A DNA stretch of 20,000 nt from Catajapyx aquilonaris (Eukaryota): contig KZ538542.1 of assembly GCA_000934665.2 (NCBI GenBank), positions 47,940-67,939 of the forward strand. Reading direction: 5' to 3'. Under the pieces are notes generated by a model that was given only the letters and a program-made list of their open reading frames with translations, did no database searches and was not told the DNA's origin. A program made the translations under genes and the position numbers. Below are positions 1-10,757 of this stretch, in pieces; positions within the stretch are counted from its first letter, which is position 1; each line of letters opens with the position of its first letter.

Positions 1-703
1 CTTCTTTTGCGTTTATAATGACTGATTCGATTATGTATAGACCTACCGTGAATTAGTGCAATGAAAAAGCATAATATTTAAGCTAATAGTTTTTCACAGT
101 TGTAGGTATATATACTGTATACGGTATCATACCTGGAATATATTGGGGGTGTGATTCGATGCTGTCTGACATGACCTTAAGTGCGGAACCTCAATCCACT
201 CTTACCTTTTACTTTTCGAACTCAATCTCATTTATTGGATTCAAAGAAGCAAAGCAATGGACAGGGAGAAATAGAGATTTGGTGCCCTTTCCCGCCTCCC
301 GCCTCCTCCCCTCTCGCCTTTCCTCTTCCTCCTCCTATACTTGACTATTCGCTAACCCTTTAGTTGAAGTCGGGCCTCCAGCACTTGCAGCAGAGCAAAT
401 CGGCTTATTCCTTTCTGCCCGGTACAAAGTTGCCGAGTCCAGAGAGACTGCAGGCTTCAGCTGGTGCTCTGCTGGCCTTTGGGCCCCTCTCGCCACAAGG
501 CTTCCCACTATCCAGCTTTGCGTGCCTGCCTACCTTACTCGGACTCACTGGCTGCCCACTCTTACTATAGACCTATTTCACTTTTCTATCCGCCTCTTCT
601 ACCACCATCCCAAACGCCAAGAGATAAAAGAGATTGGATAGTTATTTAACGGGTTCAGTCATAATTGAGACAAATTGACAAACTACATAAGTTATATGAT
701 CAT

Positions 704-781
<78 letters not shown>
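704..781. repeat. (TAC)26 microsatellite
   Basis: Perfect TAC tandem run; explains the poly-Tyr ORF 665..856. Confidence 0.97.
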
Positions 782-809
782 AGGATAGTACTGATTTCAG
801 TATCTGTAT

Positions 810-1170
810 GGAGCTTTTCCACTAACCTGATCATTTTAAGCATTGGATACACTTAGGAACAGAAACGTACAGAGATTATATAAAAAATCCCCTTCCTCTC
901 GGTTGAGGTTCTTTGCAATGTTTTCGAGACAGAATAATAATTGCTCTGGTTAACTTTATCGATTTCGTATTCATTACGGAAATAGATCTTGATAAGACAT
1001 ACCACATGACTGGTGGTGGGGGAAATGGAATAATCATCAGGATATTCATTGTCACTCATGTATGCGCTAGTAAATGAAATCATTCAATTATCTCTGCTGT
1101 CGTAGAGTTACTGGCCAAACTCGACTAGATCAATTTTGTCTAACGAAATCGGAAGGGCCGTAAATCTGAG
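810..1170 (-). mobile_element. Possible heavily decayed Penelope-like element (GIY-YIG C-terminus) relic
   Basis: Minus-strand frames give FGQ..R, LAH, KL.RAIII and KNLNREEG in the order of the Penelope GIY-YIG C-terminus (YIGQT..R..EH, LA.H, EAI.I, NLNRDEG), with stops and frameshifts. A degenerate hammerhead-like string cttaaaatgatc..gtggaaa follows at ~812-840. Confidence 0.3.
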
Positions 1171-2080
1171 CTGACGGGCGCACTTTTCTGACCACTTCGT
1201 GTATATGTGGATATTGACTTATAGAGTGGGCCTTGTCTCAACTCCGACCTCCTCATTGCCCCTCTGATGGGCTATTGACTGCTCCAATACTGCCACAGGG
1301 AAAAAAAAGAATAATTCGGGTTTTTTCGCAGGCCCCAATTTTGGTCCGCGAACACAATGGAAAGTACTTTATATTTCCACAGAGACCAAATCAACCTCCA
1401 ATCAATGTCACTATTTCTTTATTGGAGGGAGAGCCAGGTTTTCCTAAATAAATATCGCATAAACATATTACGAAGCTGAATCCATACATTCAGAAGCACT
1501 ACAGTATTATACCTTGCAATGAATACGTAAGTTGCACCGTAGAGTCACCATGTCCTGATTATCAAGAGGGGGATTTTTCGCAAGGTTAGTAGTCTACGAA
1601 TTTTCCCTATTACTAAGTACAAGGTGCTCCAACAATAAACTACTTCTTTTGCTTATGGCAACAAATAAAACTACATTATTTTATTCCTAATTAGTTAATT
1701 AACAAATCAAAGGTAGAGTCACATAGAGTCATTGTTAACCTGAAACAGATTAGTACATGTTCAGACTGCTATGGGCGTCAGTAAATAATAAAGTGGTTCT
1801 CTATTAGGTTGAACGTTTATAGAGTGTGGTGACGCCATTTTTAGCTCGCTTATTCCTTGCGAATACCTCAATTATTAGCCTTTGCCCTTATCACCAGGGA
1901 ATATTTGTAACCATCACTGTGCCATTATTATTATTTCTAAATGTCGGAAACGCACACTTTTGTCGAGGTCTGGTCATTTGCATTCGGAGTCAAAGTCCCA
2001 CGAGCGTCTTGGCGAAACCATGCTACATGCAGATCTCTTTTTAGTGCGTCGCAGCAATATGAAACATTCAGTAGGCGTCA

Positions 2081-2518
2081 AGGCGTGTTTACGCCCTCAC
2101 GAAGTGAGCCAAGTTCGCGGGAGAAGACGCTTTGCGAACGAGAAGAGGAGGTTGCCCTAGGTTTTCTTGTATACGAGCTCCAGCATAATTATGCGACTGT
2201 ATATCTATTCCAAGTAGGTTCTTCCATAAGGAGAGACCGAACTCGTAACCTCTGCTTCTCCTCCAGCCCCCATCTACCCACTCCCTCTTACTATATTGGT
2301 CTGGTCACCCTGCTGAGTATTTTAAATATGACCAATCAGGGTCCGGGTGGAGCCTCCCCCCTTGCAACTGTCCTCTTCATCTGGCCACGCCACACTCCGG
2401 CACTCCATCTGGCATGGTGCGAGTTCGCAATGGCGTAAACGGATGGTACTATTCGTGTGTCCCGCAGAAAATTTGTTCGCTCGAACTTCGCTGACTTCGT
2501 GAGGGCGTACACACGCCT
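2081..2518. mobile_element. PIF/Harbinger-like MITE (438 bp)
   Basis: 37-bp TIR AGGCGTGT(T/G)TACGCCCTCACGAAGT.. at 2081-2117 and 2482-2518 with 3 mismatches; perfect 3-bp TSD TCA (2078-2080 / 2519-2521). Confidence 0.88.
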
Positions 2519-3262
2519 TCACTGTGAAGTAGAGGTTAGAGCCTTCCACACCTGAGGTATTAGATCTCTTGACCGAACAGAGAAACGGCCCCAGACTGAT
2601 GACTCAAAATGAGTCATGAGAAATCAAATCGACGACATATAGCACAAACATTGTGGGTCGCAGCAACATACAGGTCCCCTATAGGACATTTCTGCATACT
2701 ACTGTACTTGCTTTGTATAATTATTATGCTGGTCGTGGTGACATCATTTCTGTGCGTTATATCCCTTGTGTTCAGCGCGCGAAATACCGTCAAACGGGGT
2801 TACCTAAGCCGGGTGGGTAACTTAAGCAATTTTGCTGAGTAAATTTCGGACACTGATTTTGGCAACACTGTTTTGAGTTGAAATGTTATTTTTCATGACA
2901 TAAGTTCCATATTTAAGTGCAGTTTTGGACTGCATATTTGAATATTGTGTTTCTGTCAAAGGTAACTTTGTAAAATCTTAATTGTGTTTAGGATAATTGC
3001 ATCATACATTTATACCCTACGTAACTTTCATCGCCAACATCTTCTGTTTGAATTTAATTCGCTATAAAGATGATGAAACATAACCTGAAACAGTCCTTTT
3101 AAGGTAGTTATACTGCATAGCTTAAATTTCCATTTTGGTGTCAATATACACTTAAAAATTAATTGTTGCGTCATGTACGGGGTAACATAGGCCGCACTGC
3201 TTGTTCCAAGCCAGGCAAGAAGTGCGGGGATTAGCTTCTGGGGGTCAGGAGAGTATAGTTGC

Positions 3263-3471
3263 TAGGGCTGTGCGATATTTCGATACATCGACTGTCGATA
3301 CGATATTTTCCTAATATCGAAGTTGCGATATCCGACGCTTGGCATGTGCGATGTATCGAAGATCGCGGTGTCGGTTTGCGATATTTTGCGATGTCGGTTT
3401 TCGATGTCGGTTTTTCTATTTTCGATATATCGACTTCGATTCGATATTTTTTCGGATATCGCACAGCCCTA
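3263..3471. mobile_element. hAT-like MITE (209 bp), nested
   Basis: 16-bp perfect TIR TAGGGCTGTGCGATAT; 8-bp TSD ATAGTTGC/GTAGTTGC (7/8); interior packed with CGAT/ATCG subterminal motifs. Confidence 0.9.
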
Positions 3472-3716
3472 GTAGTTGCCTAGTTGGGAGCATTGTTGAT
3501 GATGAAATGTACGTTCACATATCAGAAATATTGTTTGTTCTCTACAGCCGGTGAGCATAAAGAGAGACCGCCATACTTTCCGTTACAGGAACTGAAATTT
3601 TTAACAATAAATTTCTGGAGCAATATGCAAATGTTTATTTTCGCCCTGTGAACGGACTTTGTTACCGTGTCATCGTCAAACATAAGCGAAACACTGAATT
3701 CTTCCTGCTGGCTTAA

Positions 3717-3853
3717 CCCTGTAATGCCCACTGGGTCATATCTGGCACACCATTTAGTGCAATTTTTGCAATTTTTGCAATTTTTTATATTTCCTGTAAG
3801 TGCCAAATTGCACTAAATTGTGTGCCAGATATGACCCAAGGAGCATTACAGGG
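3717..3853. mobile_element. piggyBac-like MITE (137 bp), nested
   Basis: TTAA|CCCTGTAATGC...GCATTACAGGG|TTTA; ~49-bp TIRs with few mismatches; CCC..GGG termini. Confidence 0.82.
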
Positions 3854-4511
3854 TTTACCCCATATCGGGGGGTAACTTAAGCCACCCCCTCTTCTCTTTT
3901 TTTTGTTTTTATCATACATGTTGTAGGAAACTTTCATCCATGTATACGTCGACCGTCACTGTATACCCATGTTTTACAACAATAAGTTAATCTCTAAAGT
4001 CAATGCTCTTGAATTGGCAGATGTCTGAAATTGAAAAGTGGCTTAAGTAACCCCGAGTGACTGTACCTACATTGTTGTAAAAATTTAATCCTACCTTCAT
4101 ACAGTATTATCACATCGACACATGACTATAATTATGCAAATGAAATATATATAGGCCTATATAATAAATTATGGAATTGCGGGCCACCCTGTAACGGTCC
4201 CTCAGCAGTGTCATCCCCATGTCCATAAAAGGCCATGCTGTGTCTGGGAGATTCAATCAGACAGGAAAATACGACAACATGTTAATAGTGTGCAAAAGAA
4301 ACTACTGCCACAGACGAGTCACACAAGTCCACAAGAGGGGTAGTACTTGGTTGGGTAGAAGGAGCATTATTGCTAACGAGGATTAGTAGAAATTATTTTA
4401 ATTTTTAATATGATTACGAAACTTGCCGCTGTTTTTTTAACCCAACGACCATTATTGGAACTGCATGACAGGTGGAATTTGCTTCCTTCATCATGTAAAC
4501 CAAAGTCATAT

Positions 4512-4856
4512 CGGGGAGGTGTAGATGGCCGAGATGGTAAAGTCTCGGCTTGCTGAGTGAAAGGCCCCAGGTTCGATCCCCGCCTGGGGAACTTTCCTTT
4601 CACCTGCGTCAGGAGGGTCTCTGACCTGCACCAAGGAGGTGTCTGGCAACCTAACCTCCTGGGGAACAGCACATGACCCCTTTACCGACATTGCACTTGC
4701 ACCACATGTTCCCTCCTCAAAAATCCCTATCCCTACCCATGTCCTTGTCTCCTTGCACCGGAGTCAGAAGAAAAATAGTACACAGTTACTAGAAAACTGA
4801 TGGTGGTGTGCCAACCCCCTAAAAAGGCTCCGCCTTATCACGGGGTAACGTAAAAA
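4512..4856 (+). mobile_element. tRNA-derived SINE
   Basis: A box TGGCCGAGATGG (4526-4537), B box GGTTCGATCCC (4570-4580), A-rich tail, and a 15-bp TSD AAACCAAAGTCATAT / AAACCTAAATCATAT (13/15). Confidence 0.85.
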
Positions 4857-6388
4857 AAACCTAAATCATATTTATTTAAAAAATATATTTCCCTAGCACC
4901 CTGGGCTTTATTTTCCAGTTCCTCTGTGTTTATATTGCCTGACCATGTCACCTAAAAAATCTTTGGTGCATCATATAGGCCCTACAGTGTAGTCTTACAT
5001 CGAACAGTCTAACGACGTACTGAATTGCAAACCATTCCAAACTACCTTATGAAAAACCTAACCGTGAGAGGGATTCCTAGGAGAATCCGACCCAAACGTA
5101 TATTTCCTGTAATTCATTGCGACAATGTGCAAATATCTTCGCCCTCCTTCCAACAAGAGTGGTACAACACAATATCCTTTTTTCTTCACCTGGTTTTTTC
5201 GCCTTATTTTTTCTCCTCTGCCTCACTGAGAATCGGGGAGGCATCCCAAAAGTACACTTGGGAGGCTTTGCCACTTTATCATTTGGCAGAGGACCCATGA
5301 TCGGGCAGCCTTTGCTGGCTTTCCCAAGAGTCTCGCTCATATTGGCACTGCATGTTCACTCTACAGGCTGTAAGTCGCGGCCCGTGTTCATCGTGCTGCT
5401 CCTTCCAAAAAATAATATGTTATAATTCCGGGCCATTTGTAGTTTGCTCATATCAAAGCTCATTGTTAGACCCAGTAAAATACAGTGTCTCCTTCGGATA
5501 CCTTTCTCAGTATACACACGACACTTGATCCGAATATCCTACATTTTGTGACGCGTCTTATCGTGCAAAACTTCTAAAATGAAGTAGGACAAAGTTGGGG
5601 CAAATGCGTATTTACTTCAATATATAGCACAAGGTGGCAGGAGCTATCGAAGATCACGTAAACGTTCACGACGACCTTTTCCCACTCTGATAAAAGTAGA
5701 ACAATCTTCACTCTTTCGTCACATTGGTAAAAATGGCCGCCGAGCTCAAGGGTAGTGTTTTACCTTCTCAAGCGAGTATGTAAGTATCTTCTGCAAAACT
5801 TATGACGAGTCTTGTATCCCACATTGCGCAACCACATCAGCACTGTAAGAGGTTAAGGCAGTGGTTCTCAATCGGTGGGGCGCGAAGAGGTGGCAGGGGG
5901 GCGCGTCGAAAAGGACCTCAGAGTGGCTATCAGCAACATTCTGCCCCGAAACAAAAAATGATGTGACTCGAAACAGGCCCAAAAGTTGCACTGATTTAGT
6001 AAGTAGGCTCTACAGTATGTACAGTACTTCTGTACATTCCTAAACTACTTTACTGGACTACTTACTAGTAGTGAAGTAGTAATAGTGCTGTCGTAGTGCC
6101 TAGATTGGTGGGGGATGGAAAGGGGGGGGGGGGATCTTGAACGATCTGTTCAAAGTTATCCTGACTAAGAGAGGCAACCCGCATGGCACAATGATTCGTG
6201 TCTTTAGAGTGGTGTTATCACGGAAACTTGGCAACGTAGGAGAGTTGGATCAAAATTGCCGCTGTCCAGCCACTCTAATATATTGTCATTCAATGGAAGA
6301 ATGCCGCTAACAGCTGACCTTCAACGCCTTCCCCAGTAATGTTTGGACCAGCCCACGGACACTTATACTTACGTTCTGGCGTTATCAG

Positions 6389-6676
6389 CTGCCGAGGGAT
6401 TACGTACCGGGTGGCCACTTGAGATCGCTACGAGACATTTCCCAAGGCTATCATGTGGCGACCCTACCGGACTAAGGCTGAACTTTACAGGTACGAAAGG
6501 GGGGGCTACATTGGGGGGCCCAACATGGCCACCGGCGGCCATGTTGGGCCAGCATGTAGCCCTCCCCTTCGTACGTATAAAGTTCAGCCTTAGTCCGGTA
6601 GGGTCGCCACATGATAGCCTTGGGAAATGTCTCGTAGCGATCTCAAGTGGCCACCCGGTGCGTAATCCTTCGGCAG
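6389..6676. repeat. 288-bp near-perfect, almost spacerless palindrome (foldback element)
   Basis: Arms of ~143 bp centred on 6533/6534, including ~80 bp (6406-6487) that pair perfectly; contains TA|CCGGGTGGCC, a Tc1-like terminus. Confidence 0.92.
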
Positions 6677-6809
6677 GGGGTGGGTGGGGAGTGACCTAAC
6701 CTGAGTCTTCTACAGCCGTGGTTTGGACCAAGGGTTTGGCTTGCTTTGTCAACGAACATCATCTTGAATGCATCTCTCTCTCTCTCCCTCCCTCCCTCCA
6801 GGGATACCC

Positions 6810-6812
<3 letters not shown>

Positions 6813-6876
<64 letters not shown>
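6813..6876. repeat. (AG)32 microsatellite, preceded by a (TC)n/CCCT tract at 6773-6799
   Basis: Direct reading; explains the ER/LS-repeat ORFs. Confidence 0.97.
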
Positions 6877-6879
<3 letters not shown>

Positions 6880-6943
6880 CGCAATAGGGCAAACGCGAGA
6901 TATTATCTCGCTGAGGGTTTTCATTTCGCATGTGGGAGTCTAA

Positions 6944-7886
6944 AGGGACTTTCAGACGTGGCAATTGGTTGCTCGCAACCGGTTGAGGAACTAGTTGCCT
7001 GCATCCTGAAATACAATGAGAGAGTAGGAAGTTGCGCGCAACCAAAAAAATCCTGCAACTTGCGCCGCAACCGGGGCGGGGGCTGCGCCCAGGTTGCTGC
7101 AACCAGAAAGCTCCAGAGAGTTTTCTGATTGTAGCATAAGGGCAGTCATAAGGGCAAGATAGCGGAAAATGAGTGGAGGCGTGTTTTTGAGTGCAGACAT
7201 GAGCAGATATTAATTTGACAGAGCTACTGTAACTACTTTCTAGGAAAATATGTAACAATGTAAAAAAATATGAACACAAAAGAATGAGTCCTGTCGTCAT
7301 GTTATAAACTCGCTGCATATTTGATAGTAATGTTGTGACTTCATTAGTTGGGGAAGGGTGGCCAGAATCCTCGCAATAATTTATTGAGGTTTTAAATAAA
7401 TGTCAGCTGTCATTTATCCAGTGCAGGATGAGTTGTGGCATTATGACAAGCTGTGGGTCGCGAACATAATATTTGGGGTCGTCAGGGAGGGTCACAAACT
7501 ATATATTTTAATAAAATCATTATAGCTCTCCGGGAAAATATGCCTGTAAACGAGAAATTGTATTAATTTATCCACGATTGCCATTGACAATGGGGGGATG
7601 GAATTGGAATTACGGGTCGAGAATTTTATGAGAGGATTTTCTGGGGTCGCCAACGAAAAATATTGGGAAGCCCTGCATTTAAGAAGTTTTCAGAAAGCTT
7701 CCAACCCACGTAGTCTATACCCCTTAGGTACCATCACGTCTTGTAATAGGTGCTTATAGCAGCTGATATGCAGCGTGCTCTTCAAGAGACACCGCCTTGG
7801 AAGTTGCGAGCTGGTTGCATGTGATGCAAGATGTGATGATCACGCGATGGGTTGCAGGCAACCAGTTGCCACGTCTGAACGCCCCT
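6944..7886. mobile_element. PIF/Harbinger-like non-autonomous element with an internal insertion
   Basis: TIR AGGGACTTTCAGACGTGGCAATTGGTTGC versus reverse complement AGGGGCGTTCAGACGTGGCAACTGGTTGC; flanks TAA/TAT; many GCAACC/GGTTGC motifs at 6960-7105 and 7800-7870. Confidence 0.75.
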
Positions 7887-10530
7887 TATTGAGGCAGCAT
7901 TTGTCCCAAGCGAATATTCTTACAACATTTTTACGGTGTGAAAAAAGCCTGAATTTTCGTACATCTCAATCTACTAATCAAATAGTGTACGGTACCATGT
8001 GGCAACATTTTTTGAATACTACTAGGGCCGCTAGGTAGCGACACCTACCACATCAAAGATACAATACGTGGCGAACACTAGGTGCATAGAATATACACTA
8101 CGCCTAAAAAGATAAGCCTAATATTTGTCGTTTGGGGCACGCTACTCATGTTAACCTTGTACACTGTACAGGTCCTTTTCGAAATCAGTGGGGTCTAATA
8201 ATATATCAGTCTAAAAAGGCTTGGTTTAAACTTGTTTCCCATTCTGCTTCCAACACCAATGATGTGAGAGTTGGGGCCCAAATCGCAAAACCGCACAAAT
8301 GGTATATTCTTGGGGGACGTATATTAAAACTTATATTAAAGCGATGGGCCGTTTTTCGTCACAATGATCTCACAACTCAAGGGTCGAAGGCCTATGTTGT
8401 TTTCATATCGTCTCTCTTAACTAATCCTCAGCATGGTAGTTGATAGTAACAATCACGTACGGTATCAATACTCATATTACTTAATATGATAGTTGACCAA
8501 ATTTTGAATAAATGCAATGAGCCTTTTGTTGTATCTGATATTTTTCGGAATGCAATGCCTCAGAGTAATTTTTACGACAAAACACCGCAGGTTTCTTTCG
8601 ATTCAGAACGGTGTCTTGTAGCTGCAGATTCACGCTGATATACTGTAATACGGCATATTTTTAAAACACCTATAGCCTACTGTATAATTATTCATTTGAG
8701 CAAGATTATAGACCATGGAGTGTTAGGAGCTCCGTTAGGTCACTGGGCGACCTGTGGAATGGAAGTGAATTGGGTACCTGAGGCAAAGGGTGATCTTGCA
8801 CAAGAGTGCACGTTACAGTTTCACATAGATTGAGTTACGGCCTAGTCGAGCCTCGAGCACCACATTCTGTCAAGTGGGCATAGGCCCTATACCCTTCTGA
8901 GCTGTAACGATAGAGTTATGAAGGGAATTCTAAACGATTTACACTGAAGAGGAACAGCAATAAATTTGATATTTGGGCTTTCCTGGTGATCTGAATGAGA
9001 TGATCACTTGACAATATATTATTGTTTGTGTTAATTTCCGATCAGTTTCAATATTATTTTATTAAGTTACACCATGTTAATAAAACTGGAACCTGCATCT
9101 GTGAATATTCTACCCAGTAGTTCGTATAGGCCTAATACGTACAATAAGCAACTTATAGAGGCAACATTATTTGTGATGGGATAAATTCCGTTGGCACAAT
9201 CTGTCTACCAAAAAATGAATGCTGCCGCGTCAGCCTGCCGATGTCCCGTATACTTTAAAATATAATCGATCGTTATTGCATATGAGTTTATTAATCATAG
9301 GATATATGCCTTTTCATTTGACCCAGTGAATGAGGTAATACCCATCAATATGCAACTTCTGTCTTCCTTTTTAATCAAGTTTGAAATCGGAGTCATTTGA
9401 ATGTCGATGCCCCTGAGAATATTCCCTGGAAGGGTCATAAGAAAAGTAATAAGGTAGTGGTCCGCATCAATATCCCTCTCCACGCGACCTTCTTCCCCAT
9501 CACTTCTACTTCGTTTCCATGATCAAGAGACACTGATAAAAGAGGCACTGTTTCGACTAGTAGTGTTTCACCCATCAGTCGGAACCGCTATAACGAGTTA
9601 GGCTAATAATAAAGCTTCTAAATTGGCTTCGTCACTATAATGCAATGGTTATTAGGGCTACACTTGCTAAATGTAAAAGGTCATAGTCCTTTAAAAAGGC
9701 ATTTGGTCCCTCTGATCCCATTCTTTTCACGGTTCTCATTGTCATTATCTGACAAAATTGCCAGAATAAGAAATAAAAAATCGAGTAATGCTCTAATCTT
9801 AATTGTTACTAGACAGTGGACTAACGTCACCCACGTCAAATACGGGACAATGTGTCGCATTTCAAGCCAAATGACACTTACTCGTAAAAAAGAAGTTATT
9901 CGCTATTTTCAGTTTTCTTAATATAATGTTTATTTGGTGATGGTGTGACTTTTACTTGTAGAGGATGACACGCTGTGGTAGTCCCTGAAAGTCTGTCTGG
10001 CTAGCAGTACGATTACATTTCTGTGCTCCAAACAGTTATGTTGGCCAGCTATTTCAACTGGGTGCCAAATTATGTTATGTAAACTACAGTATAAACTTAC
10101 ATTTGAAACTGAATTATAAGTATTTTAACTATTCAAGGAACGTAATGCAATACAGCGCGAATTATAACTCACAAAATAAACAAAATTCATTTGGTATAGC
10201 ATTGTCCGCCTAGTATACTGTTTTCTTTGTGCTCAATTAGCAGTGACATGCCAACGTTTGTAAACTGAGCTTCCAGTAATGTTGTGGGGGAGTGAAGGGT
10301 AGAGGGGAAAGGCTCAGATTATGCTGTGTTCCAGTGTTGATGTAGGGTCAGGACAAGAATCACTCTCATCAATATATTCTGTATTGGTGGAATTTTCCGA
10401 ATGCTGGTGTGGCCGTTGCAACCTGACCGGCACATGCAGTGAGTCACTCACAAGAAGCCCACAATACCGAAAAGTAAATAATACCAGGGATCTCTAACTG
10501 GGCAATGTTTATTCTAGCTCGACGGCTATA

Positions 10531-10533
<3 letters not shown>

Positions 10534-10583
<50 letters not shown>
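10534..10583. repeat. (TC)n microsatellite running into an assembly gap
   Basis: 25 TC units followed by Ns; CT-rich sequence resumes at 10697. Confidence 0.95.
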
Positions 10584-10696
10584 NNNNNNNNNNNNNNNNN
10601 NNNNNNNNNNNNNNNNNNNNNNNNNNNNNNNNNNNNNNNNNNNNNNNNNNNNNNNNNNNNNNNNNNNNNNNNNNNNNNNNNNNNNNNNNNNNNNNN
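10584..10696. other. Assembly gap (113 N)
   Basis: Run of N between CT tracts. Confidence 0.99.
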
Positions 10697-10757
10697 CTCC
10701 CCCCCCTCTCTCTCTCTTCCACTCGACACAGCTTGCCGACTTACACAGGGTGAATGA

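Larger units (their letters stand above)
2787..4063. mobile_element. Tc1/mariner (pogo-like) non-autonomous element hosting two nested MITEs
   Basis: TA|CCGTCAAACGGGGTTACCTAAGCC versus reverse complement of the right end TA|CAGTCACTCGGGGTTACTTAAGCC; TA on both flanks; internal copies of the GGGGTAACTTAAGCC motif at ~2814, 3179 and 3869. Confidence 0.78.
5859..7675. mobile_element. hAT (Charlie-type) termini; possibly one element or two fragments
   Basis: Left end CAGTGGTTCTCAA at 5859, right end TTGGGAAGCCCTG at 7663-7675, with GGGGCGCG/GGGGTCGC subterminal motifs near both ends. The 8-bp TSD match is poor. Confidence 0.5.

Noticed and set aside
189..285. Weak similarity to the reverse complement of 13205-13318
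   Set aside because: Only two short matching words in low-complexity context; cannot be distinguished from chance by eye.
665..856. Poly-Tyr ORF
   Set aside because: Translation of the (TAC)26 microsatellite.
1941..2438. 165-aa ORF
   Set aside because: Crosses a MITE boundary, has no recognisable motif, and is probably a chance ORF.
2596..2625. CTGATGA..GAAA hammerhead-like string with a TGACTCA-AAA-TGAGTCA palindrome
   Set aside because: GAAA does not directly follow stem II and no stems I/III are evident; paired AP-1-like sites alone are not evidence of function.
4513..4590. tRNA gene candidate (also 13835-13910)
   Set aside because: No convincing cloverleaf, and each continues into a body, tail and TSD, so these are SINE heads.
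4984..5847. TACAGTG..CACTGTA possible Tc1 element with coding relics
   Set aside because: Only 7 bp of inverted match, and no recognisable transposase motif in any frame I read.
6643..7318. ER/LS-repeat ORFs up to 189 aa (also 10444-10811)
   Set aside because: Open only because of AG/TC microsatellites or N runs; no domain-like content.
8740..8910. Possible decayed SINE core (GTGAATTGGGTACCTG)
   Set aside because: Single short motif without A/B boxes or TSD.
9295..9520. Minus-strand 62-aa ORF as exon or transposase relic
   Set aside because: No recognisable motif or convincing splice-site pair.
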